A stretch of 32,000 nt of DNA, taken from Synechococcus elongatus PCC 6301. Lineage in GTDB: Bacteria; Cyanobacteriota; Cyanobacteriia; Synechococcales; Synechococcaceae. The notes beneath the pieces were generated by a model. The model did not search any database, was not told the DNA's origin, and saw only the letters and a list, made by a program, of their open reading frames with translations. Below are positions 26,500 through 32,000 of this stretch, one piece after another. The stretch's first letter is position 1. Every line of letters begins with the position of its first letter. Location of the stretch: positions 1,380,001-1,412,000 of the forward strand of contig NC_006576.1 in the NCBI RefSeq assembly GCF_000010065.1, in the 5' to 3' direction. Both the position numbers and the translations under genes were made by a program.

Positions 26500-27975
26500 C
26501 TAGAGTGCCGTCAACAACGGAGAGAGGTTGAGGTAGGGCTCCACCGCATCCGATAGGGCATCGATCAGGTCATCCCGTTGGGCTTGGTAGTGGCCGATGC
26601 TGGTCGGCAGAGCTTTGAGACCGCGTCGATGACGCAGACTATTCAGCCAAGCCCGTCGCCAAGCACCGTTGTCGAAGATGCCATGCAGGTAGGTGCCCCA
26701 GAGATTGCCATTGCGATCGCAGAGCCCCAGTTTGGGATCGTCAAAAATGGGCAGGAACTCTTCGCTGTCGCTGTCGAGGCGGGTCTGACCTTGGTGAATT
26801 TCGTAGCCGGTGATCGGCAGCCCTGCTTGGGGCGATCGCGCCGTGGTTTGCCGCTGCCGCAAGGTTTTTTCGGCGGTGAACCAAGTCTGGGTGGGGAATA
26901 GATGCAGTCCCTCAAACTGTCCTTCGATCCCTTCTGTCCCCTCTAGATCAAGGATGTGCTGGCCCATCATCTGGAAGCCGCCACAGATGCCCAGCACAGT
27001 GCCGCCAGCCGCTGCATAGTCTCGAATCGCTTGAGCCAGGCCCGATCGCTGCAGATCCAGTAGGTCACTGATCGTCGTCTTTGAACCGGGCAGAATCACC
27101 GCATCGGGGTAGCCGAGCTCATCCTGCAGCCCGACGTAGCGCACCTGCACCGATGGCTCGCTCTCCAGCGGATCAAAGTCGGTAAAATTGGCGATCCGAG
27201 GCAGTCGAATCACTGCGATCGTCACTTCCGCTTGGGTTTTGCGGCGTCGCCGTTCCATCAGATCCAGCGAATCTTCAGATGGAAAAGCACGATCGATCCA
27301 GGGGATGACTCCGAGCACAGGAATTCCCGTCCGTTCCTCCAGCCAATCCAGCCCCGATTGCAAGAGTTCGCGCCGCCCCCGGAACTTATTGAAGACAAAG
27401 CCCCGAATCAGCGATCGCTCATCGGGGTCAAGGAGTTCTAAGGTGCCGATTAGGTGCGCGAAGGAGCCGCCGCGATCGATATCGACCAGCAGCAGGGTCG
27501 GCGCTTGCAAGTGTTTGGCCACTCGGAGATTAGTCAGGTCGCGATGCTTGAGGTTAATCTCGGCCGGACTGCCAGCTCCCTCGCAGACAATCCAGTCGTA
27601 GTCAGCCTGCAGCTGTTCGAGAGCCTCGCAAATCGCCTCCCAGCCCACCTCAAAGTAGTCCTGGTAGTAGCGCTCGGCCAAAGTCCGCCCAACAGCCCGT
27701 CCCTTGAGGACAACCTGTGAGGTCATATCTCCCTGAGGCTTGAGCAAAATCGGATTCATCTCGATCGTCGGCTCGACTCCCGCTGCCCAGGCTTGAAAGG
27801 CTTGAGCGTAGCCAATTTCCCCGCCACTAGCAGTTACGTAGGCATTGAGCGCCATGTTTTGCCCCTTGAAGGGCGCAACCCGCCAACCCTGCCGCCGCAG
27901 TAAACGGCAGATCGCCGCAGTGATCAAGGATTTACCTGCGTGGGAGGTGCAACCCACGACCATCAGCGCCGGCAT
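26500..27975 (-). CDS. cobQ: cobyric acid synthase
   Basis: P-loop MVVGCTSHAGKS and C-terminal glutamine amidotransferase GICGGFQMMG...YEIHQG. The ORF is open to 28014, but that would overlap the upstream gene; the ATG at 27975 (MPALMVVG) is preferred. Confidence 0.9.
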   Translation of the reverse strand: MPALMVVGCTSHAGKSLITAAICRLLRRQGWRVAPFKGQNMALNAYVTASGGEIGYAQAFQAWAAGVEPTIEMNPILLKPQGDMTSQVVLKGRAVGRTLAERYYQDYFEVGWEAICEALEQLQADYDWIVCEGAGSPAEINLKHRDLTNLRVAKHLQAPTLLLVDIDRGGSFAHLIGTLELLDPDERSLIRGFVFNKFRGRRELLQSGLDWLEERTGIPVLGVIPWIDRAFPSEDSLDLMERRRRKTQAEVTIAVIRLPRIANFTDFDPLESEPSVQVRYVGLQDELGYPDAVILPGSKTTISDLLDLQRSGLAQAIRDYAAAGGTVLGICGGFQMMGQHILDLEGTEGIEGQFEGLHLFPTQTWFTAEKTLRQRQTTARSPQAGLPITGYEIHQGQTRLDSDSEEFLPIFDDPKLGLCDRNGNLWGTYLHGIFDNGAWRRAWLNSLRHRRGLKALPTSIGHYQAQRDDLIDALSDAVEPYLNLSPLLTAL

Positions 27976-27986
27976 GAGTCTTCCCC

Positions 27987-28394
27987 TTAGAACGGCAACC
28001 GCAACCAGCGGCACACCGCATTGTAAAAGCGATCGCGCAGACCCGCAGGCGGGAGGCGATCGCCCTGCTGTTGCCAGATCAGCACCAACTGCTGTCCGAG
28101 GGGCGTGAGACGAAAGCGATTGGTCAGCCCTTGTCCATCCACCTCACGCCGGAGCAGTCCCACCTGCATCAGCCACATCAGTTCGTTTTCAGCAATCAGC
28201 TCATTCAGGTTGCGCCGACTGTAGCCCTGGGCAATGCCTGCAGTTCCCGCAATATCCTGCAGCGGCACGGCTGTTTGCCGCAGTGCCAAAAACAGTCCGA
28301 GGCGAAAGGGGGAGCAAGCCGCAGCTCGGGTCGCTCGACGCAGGGTTTTGGCAGGGAAATTCAATCCCCCCGACAGGACAGCAGACATGGCCAC
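27987..28394 (-). CDS. hypothetical protein, winged-helix-like core (135 aa)
   Basis: [43 protein letters not shown]...RFRLTPLG looks like HTH plus wing. Its stop lies 11 nt before the cobQ ATG. Confidence 0.6.
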   Translation of the reverse strand: MAMSAVLSGGLNFPAKTLRRATRAAACSPFRLGLFLALRQTAVPLQDIAGTAGIAQGYSRRNLNELIAENELMWLMQVGLLRREVDGQGLTNRFRLTPLGQQLVLIWQQQGDRLPPAGLRDRFYNAVCRWLRLPF

Positions 28395-28460
28395 AGCACT
28401 AGAAGGTCACTCTTGGATCATAGGATTGGGGCAATGACCTGCTTGGCCCGTGCTCCTGTG

Positions 28461-29060
28461 ATGACGACTCCACGCCTGATTTTGGCTTCGGCTTCGCCTG
28501 CTCGTCGTCGACTGTTGGCGACGGTGGGGCTGACGGTGGAGGTACAGCCCAGTCACTTTGATGAAAGCTTGGTACAACTGAACGATCCGCCTGCTTTGGT
28601 GCAGGAGCTAGCCTTTCGCAAGGCCGCCAGTGTGGCGCGATCGCAAACAGAACCGGCGCTGGTCTTAGGCTGCGATTCGGTCTTGGCGATCAACGGTGAA
28701 ATTTGCGGTAAACCAGCGAGCCCAGCTGAGGCGATCGCTCGCTGGCAACAGATGCGCGGTCAGTGGGGCGAACTCCATACCGGACATGCGCTGATTGATT
28801 CAGCCAGTCAACGTCGCTGGTTGGCCTGTGGGACAACGCGAGTCCGTTTTGCCGAAGTAGAAGATGCCGAGATCAAAGCCTATGTAGCGACGGGCGAACC
28901 ACTGGCTTGTGCGGGTGCTTTTGCCTTGGAAGGGAAAGGCGGGCTGTTCATTGCTGAAATTCAGGGCTGCCACACCAATGTGATTGGCCTGAGCTTGCCA
29001 TTACTGCGGGAGTTGTTGCTCGCGGCAGACTATCCTTTGCTGCAGGCATGGCAGACCTAA
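28461..29060 (+). CDS. maf: Maf-like nucleoside triphosphate pyrophosphatase
   Basis: [19 protein letters not shown] and GAFALEG motifs. The tracked start at 28071 runs antisense through the neighbouring gene and is rejected. ATG 28461 preferred; 28434 also possible. Confidence 0.9.
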   Translation: MTTPRLILASASPARRRLLATVGLTVEVQPSHFDESLVQLNDPPALVQELAFRKAASVARSQTEPALVLGCDSVLAINGEICGKPASPAEAIARWQQMRGQWGELHTGHALIDSASQRRWLACGTTRVRFAEVEDAEIKAYVATGEPLACAGAFALEGKGGLFIAEIQGCHTNVIGLSLPLLRELLLAADYPLLQAWQT

Positions 29061-31828
29061 GTCACGAGACAGTCGCGATCGCGGCTGAGCTGCTGTAAAT
29101 CCTGTTGAATTTGGGCGATCGCGCCACTCCAATTACCGCGTTGGGTCTGGCGATAGAGGCGCATGCTCGGATACCAAGGCGTCGTATGACCCGTGAGGCC
29201 CCAGCGCCAATTGGCGGGTTCGGGTAGGAGTGTCCAGACGGGCAGCGCCATCATCCCCGCTAGATTCGCCACTGCGGTATCAACAGAAATCAGCACATCC
29301 ATTTCCGCCAGCCAGTCGGCCGTGTCTTGAAAATCCTGTAGTTGCTCACTCAGGTCAAATAGGCGATCGCTCTGCTCTAACCAAGGTTGCAGTTCAGCCA
29401 CGTCAGCGCCCACTTGGAAGCTGTAATAATCAACCGCTGGGACAGCTAGCAGCGCCGGTAGCAGTTCGTTGAGCGGACAGCTTTTTTCGCGGTAAAGGCG
29501 AGCGGTTTCTGGGGATGATCGCTTGCCGGAAGCCCAAACAAAGCCGACTTGGAGCGTCTCGGCACAGCGCAGGGGCGGCATACTGCTTTGGAAATAGGCT
29601 CCGCGCCAAGGCACCGTTGCGGGTGTGGTTTGCGCGATCGCGGGCAACGACATCAGCGCCACTTGGCGATCGCAGGCTGGGACAGGTTCATCCAAGCAGC
29701 AAATTTGAAGGCGATCGTCCGCCAGTTGCTGCATCAGCCGCTCCAGCAGCGGATCGGTGACGAAAATGAGCTGGGCTTGGGGATGCTGCAGGCGTAGTTC
29801 TGGGAGCCATCGACAGAAGAGCAGATGATCACCCAGTCCTTGTTCACCCCAAATCAAGAGTGTTTGCTGACCAAGCGGTTCACCCTGCCAAGCCGGAGCC
29901 AGTTGGCGGTACTGAAATGGATCAAGATCGGACTGGAAGTCGAAGCGCACTTCTAAATCAGGCCAGCCCTGCAGCCAGTTGCCCCAGTGCAGTTGTAAGA
30001 AACCGCGATTGCAGCGCAGCAGTGGGCTCTCAGGAGCGATCGCAGCGGCAGCGTCGTAGTCGGCGCAGGATTCGGGGAATTGACCCAGACGATAGTGAAG
30101 CACACCTCGGCTAATCAAGTGATCGGCAGTCGCTCCTTGCAACGCGATCGCCTGATTCAGACTGTTCAGCGCAGCGGTCAACTGATTGTCGTAGTACTCC
30201 AAACTCGATCGCTCGTGCCAGAACTCCGCTTGCGTGGGGGCTAACTCACAGGCGATCGCGAGGGCTTGGGCCGCACCGGCGTAGTCGCCCTGCTGCTTGA
30301 GACTGCGACCTAAAGCGCGATGAAAGGACGGCTCCTCGGGGGCGATCGCCACAGCCTGTCGAATCAACCATTCAGCTCTTGGCCAGTTCTGAGCGGTGAA
30401 AGCGCGATCGGCGGCTTGAATCCAATCCGCTATGGATAACTCGCCTCGATAGTCCCAGTGCTGGGGAGCCGGTTGAAACTCAGCCAGCGCCGTTTGGAGT
30501 TCCGCAATCGCCCCTGACCAATCACCGGGGCTGGGTTGTCGGAACAGTCGCAGGCTGGGATACCACGGCGTAGTGGCACCAGAAAGTTCCCAGCGCCAAT
30601 CGGGAACTGCGGGCAGCAGCACCCAAGTCGGTAGCCCAATCATGCCGCCGAGATGAGCGATCGCCGTATCAACCGTGATCAGTAAGTCCAGATGGGCTAA
30701 GCGATCGACGGTGTCCTGAAAATCGCCAATCTCACTGCCGAGATCGAGCAGCGGATCCGAAAGCGTCTGTAAATCCTGCCGTGCCTCATCAACTTGGAGC
30801 GAGACAACGTCCCAGCCGGACACCGATAGCACCGACCAGAGCAATGCCAGCGGACAGCTTTTATTAGCGGCAAATTCCGCCGATTGCGCCGGATTGCGAC
30901 CCGCGCTCCAAACAAGTCCCAGTCGGGGGCGATCGCTTGCTGGTAGGAAATCACCCTTATGTGGGAAGAAGTAAGGGCCATGCCAAGGCAAGCGGTTGCG
31001 ATCGCTTTGAAAAATCAACATCAGCGACAGCAAAGGCACTTGCCAATCGCAGACAGGTAACTCAGCCCCTTCGGCCAGTACCATGAGTCGATCGTCCGCC
31101 AGCGTTTGAAAGAGCCGGACTAAAGACGGGCTAGTCTGCCAAACGATGCGGGCTTGGGGATAGCGCTGGCGCAGCAGAGGTATCCATCGCGCCCCCATCA
31201 GGCGATCGCCAAAGCCCTGTTCTCCCCAGACCAAGAGCGTTTGTTGATCTAAGTCTTGCCCCTGCCAACGCGGTAGTTTCAGCGAGGCTTCAATTTCGGG
31301 AAAGTGTTGAAGTTGTTGGCAGCGAGCTTCGTAGGCGGGTAGACCAAAGTCCCAGTCCCCGATCGCGAGGGCGGCATGGGCGCTGTTATAGCGAATTTCA
31401 GGGTTGTCGGGATCTGCCTCCAAAAGTTGTTGATAGTCCTGCAGAGCCGTCGCTGGATCGCCGAGTTTTTGCAGGGTAATGGCGCGATTGAAACGAGCTG
31501 CCACATGGGTTGGATCGATCGCCAGCGCTTGAGTAAGCCGCTCTAGGGCTTCAGTGAGGTGGCCCTGCCGTTGCAGGAGATTACCGAGATTGTTGAAGTG
31601 AGTTGGATCCGTGGGATCGAGCGCGATCGCTCGGCGCAGCAGCGTAATTCCAGTCTCTCTCTGGTCGCAGCAGTAATAACACAAACCTTGCAAGCCAAGC
31701 GCAGCCGCCCAATCGGGAACGTCACCGAGCAGCCGATCCAGTTGAGCGATCGCCGCCTCAAACTCTCCCGCTTGATAAGCCGCGATCGCCTGTTGGTAGT
31801 CGTGCTGTGCTGCTGCCGTGATCTGCAC
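29057..31828 (-). CDS. 923-aa protein with two tandem [TPR repeats + GT9-like (heptosyltransferase-fold) domain] modules
   Basis: TPR-like helices at both module N-termini. Duplicated blocks [14 protein letters not shown] / [46 protein letters not shown] / [32 protein letters not shown], and [13 protein letters not shown] / [13 protein letters not shown]. The GT9 assignment is from memory of motif style. Confidence 0.8.
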   Translation of the reverse strand: MQITAAAQHDYQQAIAAYQAGEFEAAIAQLDRLLGDVPDWAAALGLQGLCYYCCDQRETGITLLRRAIALDPTDPTHFNNLGNLLQRQGHLTEALERLTQALAIDPTHVAARFNRAITLQKLGDPATALQDYQQLLEADPDNPEIRYNSAHAALAIGDWDFGLPAYEARCQQLQHFPEIEASLKLPRWQGQDLDQQTLLVWGEQGFGDRLMGARWIPLLRQRYPQARIVWQTSPSLVRLFQTLADDRLMVLAEGAELPVCDWQVPLLSLMLIFQSDRNRLPWHGPYFFPHKGDFLPASDRPRLGLVWSAGRNPAQSAEFAANKSCPLALLWSVLSVSGWDVVSLQVDEARQDLQTLSDPLLDLGSEIGDFQDTVDRLAHLDLLITVDTAIAHLGGMIGLPTWVLLPAVPDWRWELSGATTPWYPSLRLFRQPSPGDWSGAIAELQTALAEFQPAPQHWDYRGELSIADWIQAADRAFTAQNWPRAEWLIRQAVAIAPEEPSFHRALGRSLKQQGDYAGAAQALAIACELAPTQAEFWHERSSLEYYDNQLTAALNSLNQAIALQGATADHLISRGVLHYRLGQFPESCADYDAAAAIAPESPLLRCNRGFLQLHWGNWLQGWPDLEVRFDFQSDLDPFQYRQLAPAWQGEPLGQQTLLIWGEQGLGDHLLFCRWLPELRLQHPQAQLIFVTDPLLERLMQQLADDRLQICCLDEPVPACDRQVALMSLPAIAQTTPATVPWRGAYFQSSMPPLRCAETLQVGFVWASGKRSSPETARLYREKSCPLNELLPALLAVPAVDYYSFQVGADVAELQPWLEQSDRLFDLSEQLQDFQDTADWLAEMDVLISVDTAVANLAGMMALPVWTLLPEPANWRWGLTGHTTPWYPSMRLYRQTQRGNWSGAIAQIQQDLQQLSRDRDCLVT

Positions 31829-32000
31829 GATCTGAGATTCCGATGCTTCGGGGCTATCATCCCCGATCTCTAGCGGCTCTGCTCATGACCTACTTGAGGT
31901 TCAGCGATCGCGCAATTGTGGGTCTGATTCAGAGGGATGAGGGCGAAAATCCAAACAGCGATCGCCGACAGGAGCTGTTCGTCGCGCCAAGCAAGGCTGC

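Noticed and set aside
28071-28460. Long N-terminal extension of maf (tracked as 329 aa).
   Set aside because: It runs antisense through the 135-aa gene and the cobQ start region. Maf similarity begins only at [13 protein letters not shown] (ATG 28461).

Overview
This window reads as a core chromosomal segment of a cyanobacterium, moderately GC-rich by eye. It is saturated with the HIP1 octamer GCGATCGC: I counted about 100 copies by manual scan (approximate).

Gene content and order are: glgP, hli, a Ca2+/Na+ antiporter, rlmD, apcD, a cytochrome c6-family gene, aroA, pth, tatA, psbH/psbN, glk, tRNA-Pro, aroC, cobQ, maf, and a large TPR protein, with other genes interspersed. This matches my recollection of Synechococcus elongatus PCC 7942/6301, roughly Synpcc7942_0244 down to _0208. 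That is memory, not a search result.

I support 37 protein-coding genes and one tRNA-Pro(CGG). Three of the genes are shorter than 60 aa and so absent from the supplied ORF track: an HLIP, psbN, and a PCP_red-like mini-protein. I also support two convincing intrinsic terminators and an HLR1-like regulatory repeat.

I see no transposase, integrase, CRISPR array, toxin-antitoxin pair or recognisable defence gene. This is not an obvious accessory island, and I do not claim a clear-cut novel system.

The stretches I think most deserve follow-up are:
1. An orphan ParA/MinD-like ATPase translationally coupled to a small basic-N-terminus partner, with a PCP_red mini-protein next to it (19488-20861).
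2. A tightly coupled three-gene operon of a c6-family cytochrome, a Cys-motif transporter fused to a ferric-reductase-like domain, and an anchored extracytoplasmic protein (6189-8320).
3. Two tandem tail-anchored cyclic-nucleotide-binding paralogs (8328-9723).
4. A 20-bp perfect palindrome in an AT-rich spacer upstream of aroA (11544-11563).
5. An internally duplicated TPR plus GT9-like protein (29057-31828).
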